Below are positions 16,517 through 26,063 of a stretch of 27,582 nt of DNA, piece after piece; position 1 is the stretch's first letter; each line of letters starts with the position of its first letter. This DNA comes from Candidatus Caldarchaeales archaeon. Lineage in GTDB: Archaea; Thermoproteota; Nitrososphaeria_A; Caldarchaeales; Wolframiiraptoraceae. Below the pieces are notes generated by a model, which searched no databases, had not been told where the DNA came from, and was given only the letters and a program-made list of their open reading frames with translations. The stretch is from contig JBCNVN010000021.1 in NCBI GenBank assembly GCA_039630055.1, positions 1-27,582 on the forward strand, read 5' to 3'. The position numbers and the translations under genes are program-made.

Positions 16517-19291
16517 TTAACCTCCGAAAATATTTATATAGTGAAGCTCTACTATTCCTCGATCTATAGTCACTAATCCTACCTTTAAAATATTATCTTC
16601 TCTCCAAACAAGTACCATATCTCTTCCAGTCTTATCAATCCATCTATTCAAGAAGTCTCTAAACTCTCTAGTGAACTGGTCGGTAGAAGTATACGATATA
16701 TTCCCTTCATTGAATACTAGGTGGGCATTTATCTTTTCGGGAAAAACAGGGACTAAGCCTTCACCTCTTATAACTTGGAGTGTTAGATTCATTACATCTA
16801 TTTCCACGGTCGGCGGAGTGGCCACACCTCTCAATACTCTAAGATAAGATTCGAATGATTCTTCAATACTACTGCCGATGCCTACAAAGTAGCTTCCAGT
16901 AAACTCTGCGCCTATGACAGCTATCGTTCCAAGCTGAGTTATCACTCCTCCCGCTCCAGCTGGAGTAGTATATACGGGAATAACATAGACTAGATGCTCG
17001 CCGATAGAGTAGAGCATATTCTCTCCTATCCTAGGATTCTCCAAGAGTGTTTGAAGTTTTCTAAATTCAGGATATCTTTCAAGTGCTTCTCTCGCAGCTG
17101 AGGGTCCTAGAAGCTTCTTCTCAGATTCTTGTGGGACATAGTAGAAGATCTTCTCACCTAGATGTGGATAATCATTTCTAACTACCATGAATCCTGCAAG
17201 GTTTCTTCCAGGAGAGCCTCTAATCTGGAGGGAGAGTATACCTATAAATTCTGGTTTATCGAATCCTGGAAGCTTTGTGATTATATAGTATGTGTATAGG
17301 TCTCGAGGTATTTCATAGAATTCTCTCGCCTGTATAAAGGTGGAGACATCATCCATATGGTAATTGTTGAATAATCCTACTTGATACTCAAAGACTTCCT
17401 GAGGAAATCTAGTCTGATTATACAGCCATCTAGGAACCTCTTCTATTACAATCTCTTTGTACGAGTCTTTAATTATCTGGCTAACGAAATCTGATCCAAC
17501 TATTATCAGTTTGATCGAGCCATCGTAGATGTTGATGAGGCTGTAGCCGATGAATCTAACGTATTCATTACCTCTGCTCCAGGGAACGTTGTCTCCACCT
17601 AATCTTACTATCAATGGCATAAGCCAGTAGGTATTCTCCCCATCAGTTACTGGAAACATATCTACATAGTCGTCTCTCCAAAAATATTCAAAATAAGGAA
17701 ATAGCAGACTCATCCTATCATATACATCTCTATATCTTAGGAGCCTTACAGTCTTGTCAGGATAGGAGAAGAAGAAGGTTAGATCATATATCCAGCTGAT
17801 AGGTGGAGAGACTATGACGCCGCCATCACCTTTGTAGCCAGATCCAGTTACTTCATCGGATACTTCTTTACCGAGTATTATCGCCGCCCATACAGATTCC
17901 AGCAGCCCACCTTCCCCATAATAGATCCGTCTCTGAGTGAAGAATCTAGAAGAATCAACTATTGTACCGTTTGTTGCGTCTAGTATTAGAAAACCATTCG
18001 GGACATGTGTGTAGACTAGATGCTCATTATACCATACGTCCGCCGCCTTTACAGAGACGGGCAGTATAGGCTTCATAGAGGCGCTCCAGTAAAGTCTTCC
18101 ATTAAATCTTATAATGTCCGAGTCCTCGAAATCTACATATGGGATTAAGCCTATCTCAGGCTTCATCTTCGTGAATGCTGCTTCCCAATCCCAGAGCCTG
18201 ACGACGTCAAGCTGCTCTTTCACGGTCTTGATCTCTTCTTGTATAGAGCCGATAGGAGAACGATCTGGAAAGACATACATCTTTCTAACAATGTTCCCGA
18301 TATCTGCTAGATATCTATTGACCATGATCTCTTGCTTAACGTAGGGTCCAAGCCATTCTACCTTTCTCGCATCAGCTATGCTATTCTGTATAGTCACGAT
18401 GGAGAAGACTGCTAAGATGGCTAGTATTACTGCTCCACCCTTAATTACGTATGCATATAGGAAACCTGGTTTAACCCCATCTAGAATAATAAACAGGATC
18501 ATCAAGACCGATATCGTAAATGACCCTAGAATCAATACTTTGGTATTGTAATCTATATAGCTTGGAAAGAATAGGGTGAACCCGATCCATGCAGAGGCAA
18601 TCCCGATAATCGTCTCGATAGCTTCTACCGGTATCCTAAAGAGCCCCGTATCCAGATACTCTACGAAGATTCTTGTAAAAGCTTTTAATAGGATGGTTGC
18701 TCCGACGATTATAGTAAGTCTAACTGCTAAAGATGTTAAGATCGGTGGAAGAAGTAGTATTAGTGTAGGGGAAGCGGATATGACGTCTTCAGCAGGAGAG
18801 GTGTCTAGAGCCGAGATAGATATAAACGGTAACTTGAATAGTTCGGTAACCTTGCTTATGTTAAGGTCTACATTACCGCTCAAGACGCCGAGTACCGCCA
18901 TGCCGAAGAGGGCGTCAGCGAAAATTATTGCACCTATAAACATCTTGGTAACCTGCCATGCGAGAAATCTAGTAATGCTAAGCTTATATGTAGAGAGGTC
19001 TAAGTCTCTTGGATGAGTATATCTCTCCCAGAAGACTGAGATAAAAAATCTTATAGACCAGAAGGTTATCGATCTTCTATTTTTAAAATCTAAGCGGAAG
19101 AAGGCTATAAACGATAGGATGAGGCCTCCGACTAAAGCATAGTAGTATGGTTTAATGAATAGGTCTCCGAATTCCCAGAAGTTTAACATTACTTGTAAAA
19201 CCTGGTTGACCGAGACGATCAAGAGTATTATCATGATTATCGATAAGATTGCTAAGGTAGTCCGTGAGAACCTCCTACTCCTAGCATACAT
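16517..19291 (-). CDS. UPF0182 family integral membrane protein
   Basis: N-terminal multi-TM region, VRLWDW, WYNEHLVYTH, RIYYGE, FP-x3-F-x-YQ-x5-YHMDD-x2-TF, NLAGFMVVRND, YVIPVY; 924 aa. Confidence 0.87.
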   Translation of the reverse strand: MYARSRRFSRTTLAILSIIMIILLIVSVNQVLQVMLNFWEFGDLFIKPYYYALVGGLILSFIAFFRLDFKNRRSITFWSIRFFISVFWERYTHPRDLDLSTYKLSITRFLAWQVTKMFIGAIIFADALFGMAVLGVLSGNVDLNISKVTELFKLPFISISALDTSPAEDVISASPTLILLLPPILTSLAVRLTIIVGATILLKAFTRIFVEYLDTGLFRIPVEAIETIIGIASAWIGFTLFFPSYIDYNTKVLILGSFTISVLMILFIILDGVKPGFLYAYVIKGGAVILAILAVFSIVTIQNSIADARKVEWLGPYVKQEIMVNRYLADIGNIVRKMYVFPDRSPIGSIQEEIKTVKEQLDVVRLWDWEAAFTKMKPEIGLIPYVDFEDSDIIRFNGRLYWSASMKPILPVSVKAADVWYNEHLVYTHVPNGFLILDATNGTIVDSSRFFTQRRIYYGEGGLLESVWAAIILGKEVSDEVTGSGYKGDGGVIVSPPISWIYDLTFFFSYPDKTVRLLRYRDVYDRMSLLFPYFEYFWRDDYVDMFPVTDGENTYWLMPLIVRLGGDNVPWSRGNEYVRFIGYSLINIYDGSIKLIIVGSDFVSQIIKDSYKEIVIEEVPRWLYNQTRFPQEVFEYQVGLFNNYHMDDVSTFIQAREFYEIPRDLYTYYIITKLPGFDKPEFIGILSLQIRGSPGRNLAGFMVVRNDYPHLGEKIFYYVPQESEKKLLGPSAAREALERYPEFRKLQTLLENPRIGENMLYSIGEHLVYVIPVYTTPAGAGGVITQLGTIAVIGAEFTGSYFVGIGSSIEESFESYLRVLRGVATPPTVEIDVMNLTLQVIRGEGLVPVFPEKINAHLVFNEGNISYTSTDQFTREFRDFLNRWIDKTGRDMVLVWREDNILKVGLVTIDRGIVELHYINIFGG

Positions 19292-19585
19292 TTATTCAAC
19301 ACCTTCCCGATAACTCTATAATTTCTAGGATTATTAATATTATTCTAGCTTCAGCACTTTAAGTATCTTAAATAGCTACTTTGAAAATACTCTCAGATCA
19401 AGATTGGTGTAATCTAATTTCGGATAGAATGCTAAGAAGAGTTATCTGAGATAGGGGATGGGTATATTAGATGATAAAAGGAGGGATGATAAGTATATAG
19501 CTGAGCTACAGGTTGTAAAGAATGTTTTTAAAGTAAAAAATTTGAGTAAGGATAAGTTCGAGATTATTTAGGGCGGTGAAATATA

Positions 19586-20878
19586 TTGTATCTTGCACTG
19601 TTTGAAGATGAATGTTACCGGAACTTCTCTCCTTTGACGCTCACCCAGCCTGTTTACGAGATGAAGACTGGTACATCCAGCCTTAGAGAGAAGATACTGA
19701 CGAAGATTAAAGTCGATGGTAAGATAATCTTATTCACCCGAGAATATCTTGAGGAGGTTCAGAAGGAGAGGACACCACATCTATGGGTGAACAACTTTGA
19801 CGTAGAGGAAGATGTACTATTGGTTAATGGTTTAGTTCTTCCAGATGCGAAGTTTGAAAAAGTATTGGAGAAGCTCTCGAGACCTGGCATCGCCATAATG
19901 AGGAGAGATAGAGTCATAGCTGCACGTCTTAAGGCTGAGGTTATCGGTTCACCCATCTTTAAGAGAGCGGCCACATCTACCGATAAAATCAATGATGTCA
20001 TATCGAGTTACGTATCTGAAAGACTCCAGAACGATGATATCCATCTCATAGAATATCCGTGGGAGCTAATAGAGCTAAATTCAAAATTGATCACAGAAGA
20101 ACTAGAGAGGTTTGAGGGGAGAGAGTGGGAGGGCGAGATAGATAGATCGACGATTATATATGGTGATAGAAGGAGGGTATACTTGGGTAAGGGAGCCTTC
20201 ATCGAGGGGCATACGGTTCTAGATGTAAGAGATGGACCGATCTACATAGGAGAGAACACGTACATCCAATCATTGACACGTATCTCAGGTCCAGCATATA
20301 TTGGTAGAGGCTGCATAGTTTTCGGAGGACAGATTAGAGGAGGCTGCAGCATAGGTGATTTATGTAGAGTTGGTGGAGAAGTCGAGGAGACGATATTTCA
20401 TGGATTCTCAAACAAGAGGCATTATGGATATATAGGTCACTCCTATATAGGAGAGTGGGTGAATCTCGGAGCAGGAACTACGACATCCAATCTAAAGAAT
20501 ACTTATGGAACGATAAGAATGGAGATTAATGGTCAGAGGTATGATACTGGGAGGATGTTTGTCGGAGCATTTATCGGAGATCACGTAAAGAGTTCTATAG
20601 GAACATATATATTCAGTGGTAAGAGGATTGGTGTCTCTAGCCATCTCTACGGTGTAGTATCGGAAGATGTTCCATCCTTTACAATTTATGCTAAGAGGCT
20701 TGGAGCTAAGCTGACGGAGATCCATCTTGAGTCGGCAATAGAGATAGCTAGAAGAGTGATGTCTAGGAGAAACATAGTTCTCTCTAAGGCTTATGAAGAT
20801 GTTCTTAGAAAGGTCTTTGAGATTACAGAGAAAGACCGTGACAAGTCTCAAGTCTCAAAAGGGCATCTATCAATATGA
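19586..20878 (+). CDS. GlmU-like putative sugar nucleotidyltransferase with left-handed beta-helix domain
   Basis: LFED...PLTLTQPVYEMKTG N-terminus, IEYPWEL, GPIYIG/GPAYIG hexapeptides, SNKRHYGYIGHSYIGEWVNLGAGT-x-TSNLKNTY; TTG start with GGCGGTGA SD. Confidence 0.85.
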   Translation: MYLALFEDECYRNFSPLTLTQPVYEMKTGTSSLREKILTKIKVDGKIILFTREYLEEVQKERTPHLWVNNFDVEEDVLLVNGLVLPDAKFEKVLEKLSRPGIAIMRRDRVIAARLKAEVIGSPIFKRAATSTDKINDVISSYVSERLQNDDIHLIEYPWELIELNSKLITEELERFEGREWEGEIDRSTIIYGDRRRVYLGKGAFIEGHTVLDVRDGPIYIGENTYIQSLTRISGPAYIGRGCIVFGGQIRGGCSIGDLCRVGGEVEETIFHGFSNKRHYGYIGHSYIGEWVNLGAGTTTSNLKNTYGTIRMEINGQRYDTGRMFVGAFIGDHVKSSIGTYIFSGKRIGVSSHLYGVVSEDVPSFTIYAKRLGAKLTEIHLESAIEIARRVMSRRNIVLSKAYEDVLRKVFEITEKDRDKSQVSKGHLSI

Positions 20879-21031
20879 TACGATTCTAGATGGAGAGCTT
20901 CCGACCCGGTTATGTGTCAAGAATGCTTGAGATAAGCCATAACGATAATAGAATAGTATCTTGTAGAACTGGAATAGAATTAGCATAGCGGAGAAAATAC
21001 TTTATAGATATTTTTGAGATTGCTAGTCGAG

Positions 21032-21799
21032 CTATTTCTTTGTTAGAAGTTCAGCTTCCTTCCATAAATACTCAAAATAATTTTTCGCAAATTTTGCTAA
21101 TCCTACATGCTCTGACCATATAGCAAAGCTTATCTCACCCTTCTCATCTCCAAGCAACAATATGACCTCTCTAGAGTCGGCCACTATACCTCCACCAAAC
21201 ATCTGCTCCTTCAACCTTAATTCTGCTACTTCGGTTAACTTCTTTATGAGAGCATAGTCAACATCGTTTGGAAGCATTATCTTCACTATTCCACCTCTAC
21301 TAAAGATGTAGGTGAGATGTGGTAGAAAGAACGTTAGAAGGTTCTTAGTAATGAGTGGAGCGGCGATCAGTAACTCTTTCTCACAGCTTACTAGTAGATC
21401 CTTTATCTTCATAAGTATATTCTCTTCCCCTCTAATTATCCAGATATCATGCTTTTCTCTAAAACCTCTACCTTCATATATCGGGAAGAGCTCTGACCGT
21501 ATTATCTCTTCATTGGATTTAAACTCTCTCTCTAGTCTCATCCTGCTAGATTCCAGAGCGGTTATAGGGGATTTAGGATAATATTGAGCAGGTCTGCCAC
21601 CTTCAGTACCTATCCATCCCTTTCTCTCCAAGCTCTCAAGCACATCATATATCTTAGAGTATGGAACATCTGCTATTTCACTTAGCTTGCTAGCTGTTGA
21701 TTCACCAACCTCAAGTAATGCGATATAAACTTTAATTTCGTAATCTGTTAAACCTAGATTATGGAGGGCTCTCCTTAGGTCTTCGCTGATCACAAACAT
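21032..21799 (-). CDS. TrmB family transcriptional regulator
   Basis: LGLTDYEIKVYIALL, A-x2-LSE-x-ADVPYSKIYDVLESLERKGW, GRP-x2-Y, plus a C-terminal PLD-like effector domain. Confidence 0.9.
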   Translation of the reverse strand: MFVISEDLRRALHNLGLTDYEIKVYIALLEVGESTASKLSEIADVPYSKIYDVLESLERKGWIGTEGGRPAQYYPKSPITALESSRMRLEREFKSNEEIIRSELFPIYEGRGFREKHDIWIIRGEENILMKIKDLLVSCEKELLIAAPLITKNLLTFFLPHLTYIFSRGGIVKIMLPNDVDYALIKKLTEVAELRLKEQMFGGGIVADSREVILLLGDEKGEISFAIWSEHVGLAKFAKNYFEYLWKEAELLTKK

Positions 21800-21902
21800 C
21801 TTAATATTAAGGTAGACTAGCCGATATTCAAGTTTTCGTAGGATTGGAGACTCTTATATTAGAGATAAAATTCTTTAATCCTAAGTAGTCTGATCTAGAC
21901 TT

Positions 21903-22352
21903 ATGAGTAGGGAGTATCCTAAACATCCTATCACGGCTGTAGGAGCTTTAATAATCAGTGGCTCCCAGCTCCTACTTATTAAACGTGCTTTTCAGCCCTC
22001 TGCTGGTAAATGGAGTATACCTGGAGGAGTTGTAGAGTTGGGTGAGAAGGTTGAAGAAGCTGTTAAGAGAGAGGTTAGAGAAGAGGTTGGAATAGAGATT
22101 GAAGACTTACAACTTTTAGGGGTCTATGATAGTATAGTGAGGGATGAGAATGGCGACATTAAGTATCATTACATAATAATAGATTACCTAGCTAAGCCTA
22201 AATCTACATCTGTAACTCCATCTAAAGAAGTAGTAGAATACAAGTGGGTAGATCTTAAAGATGTAGATGTAATGAATCTAACCCCTTCTCTTAGAGAGTT
22301 TACTAGCAAGTATAGAGATAAGATAAAAGAATATATGGGAGAGATTAAATGA
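21903..22352 (+). CDS. Nudix hydrolase (ADP-ribose pyrophosphatase-like)
   Basis: Nudix box GGVVELGEKVEEAVKREVREEVG; REYP-x2-P, WSIPGG, YHYIIIDY. Confidence 0.92.
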   Translation: MSREYPKHPITAVGALIISGSQLLLIKRAFQPSAGKWSIPGGVVELGEKVEEAVKREVREEVGIEIEDLQLLGVYDSIVRDENGDIKYHYIIIDYLAKPKSTSVTPSKEVVEYKWVDLKDVDVMNLTPSLREFTSKYRDKIKEYMGEIK

Positions 22353-22369
22353 AGATCTTCTTCGTATGT

Positions 22370-24016
22370 TTACTCGTATTCAGATTCGGTCGGCGGTGTC
22401 TTGGTCTTCTCTTCTCTCTTTCTAGACGCTGCTATCACGTCATCTATCCTTAAGATCATTGCAGTGGCTTCGAAACTACTCTTTAAGGCTTGCTCTTTAA
22501 CCCTTACAGGCTCGATTATACCGAGAGCATACATATCGGCTACTTTTCCAGAGAATACCTCTATTCCATATCCTTGCCCATCTTTCTCATGTTTGGCTCT
22601 CAGCTCTGTCAAGATCTCGACAGGCTCTAATCCAGCATTCTCAGCCAGAGTTCTCGGTATGGATTCTAATGCTTCAGAGAAGGCCATCATCGCCAACTGT
22701 TCTCTGCCTGGATATTTTGAAGCCTCCTTCCTTATCTTTAAGGCTAGTGCTTCTTCTATTGCTCCTCCTCCAGGGACATAGTTTAGATTGCTGACAAGGG
22801 TGATCATGTTCATGATAGCATCGTTGAATGCTCTCTCTGCTTCATCTAGTTGACGTTCAAGACCAGCCCTAATCAAGACTGAGACCGCTTTAGGATTTAG
22901 ACATTCTTGGACAAAGACCATTCTATCCTCTCCTATCTTGATCTCTTCTACCAGTCCAGCTTTTCCAAGGTCTTTCTCTGTAAGATCTTCAAAATTCGTT
23001 ACGATCTTTGCGCCTGTCGCTTTGGATAGCTTCTCCATATCAGATGCCTTTACACGTCTAACGGCTAGTATTCCTGCCTTGGCAAGGAAGAACTGGGCCA
23101 TATCATCGATTCCTTTCTGGCAGAAGACGACGTTCGCTCCGACCGCGACAACCTTATCCACCATCTCTTTCAAGATTCTAGTTTCCTCATCTAGAAACTC
23201 TTTTATCTTAAGTGGGTCACGTATTCTTATCTCTGCACTAAATTCTGTCTTCTCTATCTCGAAGGGCGCGGAGAGCAGGGCTATCTTAGCGTTAACTACA
23301 CGTTTAGGCATAGCTGGATGGACTACTTCCTTATCAACTATCACTCCATGGACTAGCTGGCTCTCCAACAAGCTTTTTCCAATCTTCTTAATTATCTGTA
23401 TACTGTCTTTATCAGCTACAAGCTTACCATCTCTTTCTTCAACAATCTTTAGCACTGAATCTATTGCGAGATCTGCGATGTGGTCTGTAGCGAAGCCGAG
23501 AGACTTGCTTGCTAGAGCAGTCTTAACTATCTTCTTCAATGTCTCCTTGTCTTCAAGCTTAACAGGCCTTCCAAGCTTCTTTAATTCTTCTAAAGCAATA
23601 TCTAACGATTTCTTGTAGCCGGATATAACTGTACTTGGATGGATCTTCTGTTCAATCAGTTCTTCAGCATGCTTGAGTAATTCTCCAGCTAAAACTACTG
23701 CTGTAGTCGTTCCATCCCCTACAGTGCTATCTTGAGTCTTAGCAACCTCTATTATCATCTTTGCCGCTGGATGCTCAACATCCATCTTCTCTAATATTGT
23801 GGCCCCATCATTCGTTACTACTACATCGCCTATGCTGTCGACGAGTATCTTATCCATTCCTTTAGGGCCGAGAGTCGTCTTAACTATCTCTGAAATGATC
23901 TTAGCTGCAGCGATATTATTCTTCTGAGCGGTTCTTCCTCTAGTTCTTGTCGTCCCCTCTTTTAGAATTATGACTGGTTGTCCACCAAGCTGTGCCGCTT
24001 GAGCCGTAATCCCCAT
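22370..24016 (-). CDS. ths: Thermosome (group II chaperonin) subunit
   Basis: [38 protein letters not shown]-x-[15 protein letters not shown]; GGGAGGT SD. Confidence 0.97.
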   Translation of the reverse strand: MGITAQAAQLGGQPVIILKEGTTRTRGRTAQKNNIAAAKIISEIVKTTLGPKGMDKILVDSIGDVVVTNDGATILEKMDVEHPAAKMIIEVAKTQDSTVGDGTTTAVVLAGELLKHAEELIEQKIHPSTVISGYKKSLDIALEELKKLGRPVKLEDKETLKKIVKTALASKSLGFATDHIADLAIDSVLKIVEERDGKLVADKDSIQIIKKIGKSLLESQLVHGVIVDKEVVHPAMPKRVVNAKIALLSAPFEIEKTEFSAEIRIRDPLKIKEFLDEETRILKEMVDKVVAVGANVVFCQKGIDDMAQFFLAKAGILAVRRVKASDMEKLSKATGAKIVTNFEDLTEKDLGKAGLVEEIKIGEDRMVFVQECLNPKAVSVLIRAGLERQLDEAERAFNDAIMNMITLVSNLNYVPGGGAIEEALALKIRKEASKYPGREQLAMMAFSEALESIPRTLAENAGLEPVEILTELRAKHEKDGQGYGIEVFSGKVADMYALGIIEPVRVKEQALKSSFEATAMILRIDDVIAASRKREEKTKTPPTESEYE

Positions 24017-24069
24017 AACTCATACCTCCCACAGATACAATAATCTCTATTAGACAGACGCATCAAGCC

Positions 24070-24079
24070 TTAATATAAA
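24070..24079 (-). promoter_or_regulatory. Probable TATA box of the thermosome gene (TTTATATTAA)
   Basis: Consensus-like TATA about 55 nt upstream of ATG 24016. Confidence 0.45.
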
Positions 24080-24782
24080 GATGAAGTCTCATCAACTTTA
24101 AAAGAATAATTAATTCAGAGAATAGTTAATAAATATATAATTTTATAGCATTAAAATATATTTGGATCTTTTCTGGGAGATGTTAATTTAACCCTAGCTA
24201 TTTTATTACGAGGAGATTTAGAATTCATGATAGGATCTAGGAGGAGCTCGATTGAGCGGTAAGAGTTACCAGATAATCTAGATCTTGTATTTTACCTCTA
24301 ACATCCATCGAGGAGACCATAGATTGTTTCTCTTCCCCAGGATTCAAGGCGATAATATCATAAAATATGAGAATAACCTCTTTGTATTGTCTTGAAAATG
24401 TTTCATTCTTCTTATCTTCTTGCATTAACTTTGTCGAGCTGAGTAATGATGTTGCATCATCACCAGACATCTCAGAGAAGTCATTACAAGTATTAATCTA
24501 TACATTTCACAGGCATTATAATCATTTATCTAGACTATATCTTGTTCTCGTTGGCTCACAGAATACCAATAGCATCAATAAGAAATTTTTCAATCTCTAT
24601 CTATCACAGGAAGCTATCTAGAAACTTTTATGAATTTTTAGCTGAAAGATATTGTCTCTTCACGATTTCTATAAGTTGAGCTACAGACTGGATTATATTA
24701 TCCTCTAGTTGGTGGACGGCTCAGATCTTTAAGCTCTATATCAAGACAGAATCTAGAGAAGAGTCGATAGTTTAAGATACTG

Positions 24783-25013
24783 TTATGTGTAGAAGCTTCT
24801 GAGAAGAGTTTTAGCAGCCCTCTCAATATCTTCTCTCTTTATAGTTCTTCTCCCAGTATATTGGGCTAGACTTAATGCCTCTTTCGCGATAGCGATAGCA
24901 ACTTCTTCTAATATCTTTCTAAGTTCTTCAGCAGCTTCTTCACTTGCTCTTGCAGCACCAGCCTTTTTTATCAATCGATGTATGGGTGCTAGACTCAATT
25001 CACTAGAGCTCAA
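24783..25013 (-). CDS. Archaeal histone (HMf family)
   Basis: ELSLAPIHRLIKKAGAARAS...LEE...A-x2-A-x2-LA-x3-GRRTIKREDI aligns without gaps to HMfB; TTG start. Confidence 0.94.
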   Translation of the reverse strand: MSSSELSLAPIHRLIKKAGAARASEEAAEELRKILEEVAIAIAKEALSLAQYTGRRTIKREDIERAAKTLLRSFYT

Positions 25014-25201
25014 CGTCTATACTCGCCAATTCATTATTTATTAGCATGTTATTTAGTTTTTCTTATAGATAGGTCTAACAGACTTTTCACGTATAGATAA
25101 TACGCTAAGGTTAGTGTATAGTATACGCTCCTAACTTTTTTAAGACATAGATAGAAAATCTTATTATTCAATCTATTTAGATTATAAGGTAGGATAAGTA
25201 G

Positions 25202-26014
25202 ATGTGGATAGAGAAGGTATTATGCCCAAATTGTGGGAAACTAACAAGTAAAGATACCTACTGTAAGTTCTGTGGTAAACCATTAGAGGTTAAACCTCAG
25301 ACTTTAATAGAGGGAAAAACATTAACGAAGGATATGCCGACAGTATCAGAATCTACTTCATCAACGACAGATATTATTCCACCAGCACAAGAAGTTGTAG
25401 AAGAGAGAAAGATAGTGGAACAGCTTTCAACCTTTCACAACTGGAGGAATAGACTTCTAGAATTACTTTTAAATGGGGAAGCATCTGTTGATGTATTTAC
25501 AGATATTTACAGAGAGTATAGGATGAGAATAACGGCGGTGAATGAAAAGAGACTTCAAATGATTAAAGAGCTTGAAGAGAAGATAAACGATCTTACGGCG
25601 AGACTTGAGAACTTGAAGATTAGACATGAGGTTGGAGAGATACAAGATAAACAGTATATAACAGAGAAGCTCAACATAGATCGAGAACTCTCTAAACTTA
25701 AACCGAAGCTCAACATTCTCCACAATGCATTTAATGTTAAGATAGTAGATGTTCCGAGATATGAAACTAAGATAAGAGAGTTGAGAGAGTCGGTCTCGGA
25801 GAGGGGAAGGACTATAGGTTTAACAGATGAAGATGTTGGAATGATCGTCTCAGACCTTAATGAAGTTTTAGAAGGTATCCAGAGTTTAATGGAAGTCCAT
25901 AAACGATTAACGAAAGAGCTTGAAAAAGTTGAGTTGAGACACAAAGTCGGAGAGTTAACTGATGAAGAATATGAAGCGATGAAACAGAAGATACGTAGAC
26001 AGATGGAGATGTAG
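25202..26014 (+). CDS. Zinc-ribbon plus CdvA-like coiled-coil protein
   Basis: CPNCG-x8-CKFCG, low-complexity linker, then helical units LLLNGEAS..F, IRHEVGEI..QY and LRHKVGEL..EY separated by heptad coiled coils. Confidence 0.72.
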   Translation: MWIEKVLCPNCGKLTSKDTYCKFCGKPLEVKPQTLIEGKTLTKDMPTVSESTSSTTDIIPPAQEVVEERKIVEQLSTFHNWRNRLLELLLNGEASVDVFTDIYREYRMRITAVNEKRLQMIKELEEKINDLTARLENLKIRHEVGEIQDKQYITEKLNIDRELSKLKPKLNILHNAFNVKIVDVPRYETKIRELRESVSERGRTIGLTDEDVGMIVSDLNEVLEGIQSLMEVHKRLTKELEKVELRHKVGELTDEEYEAMKQKIRRQMEM

Positions 26015-26063
26015 TATCGATATTAACTCGATTAGGCATAGTCTGAGCCGCGGTGTAGATAGT

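Noticed and set aside
22370-22430. Thermosome lacks a GGM-repeat tail
   Set aside because: Charged tails without GGM are common among archaeal thermosome subunits.
22401-23618. Long plus-strand ORFs (126 aa and 226 aa)
   Set aside because: Antisense shadows of the conserved thermosome gene; Ser/Ile/Phe-rich with no motifs.
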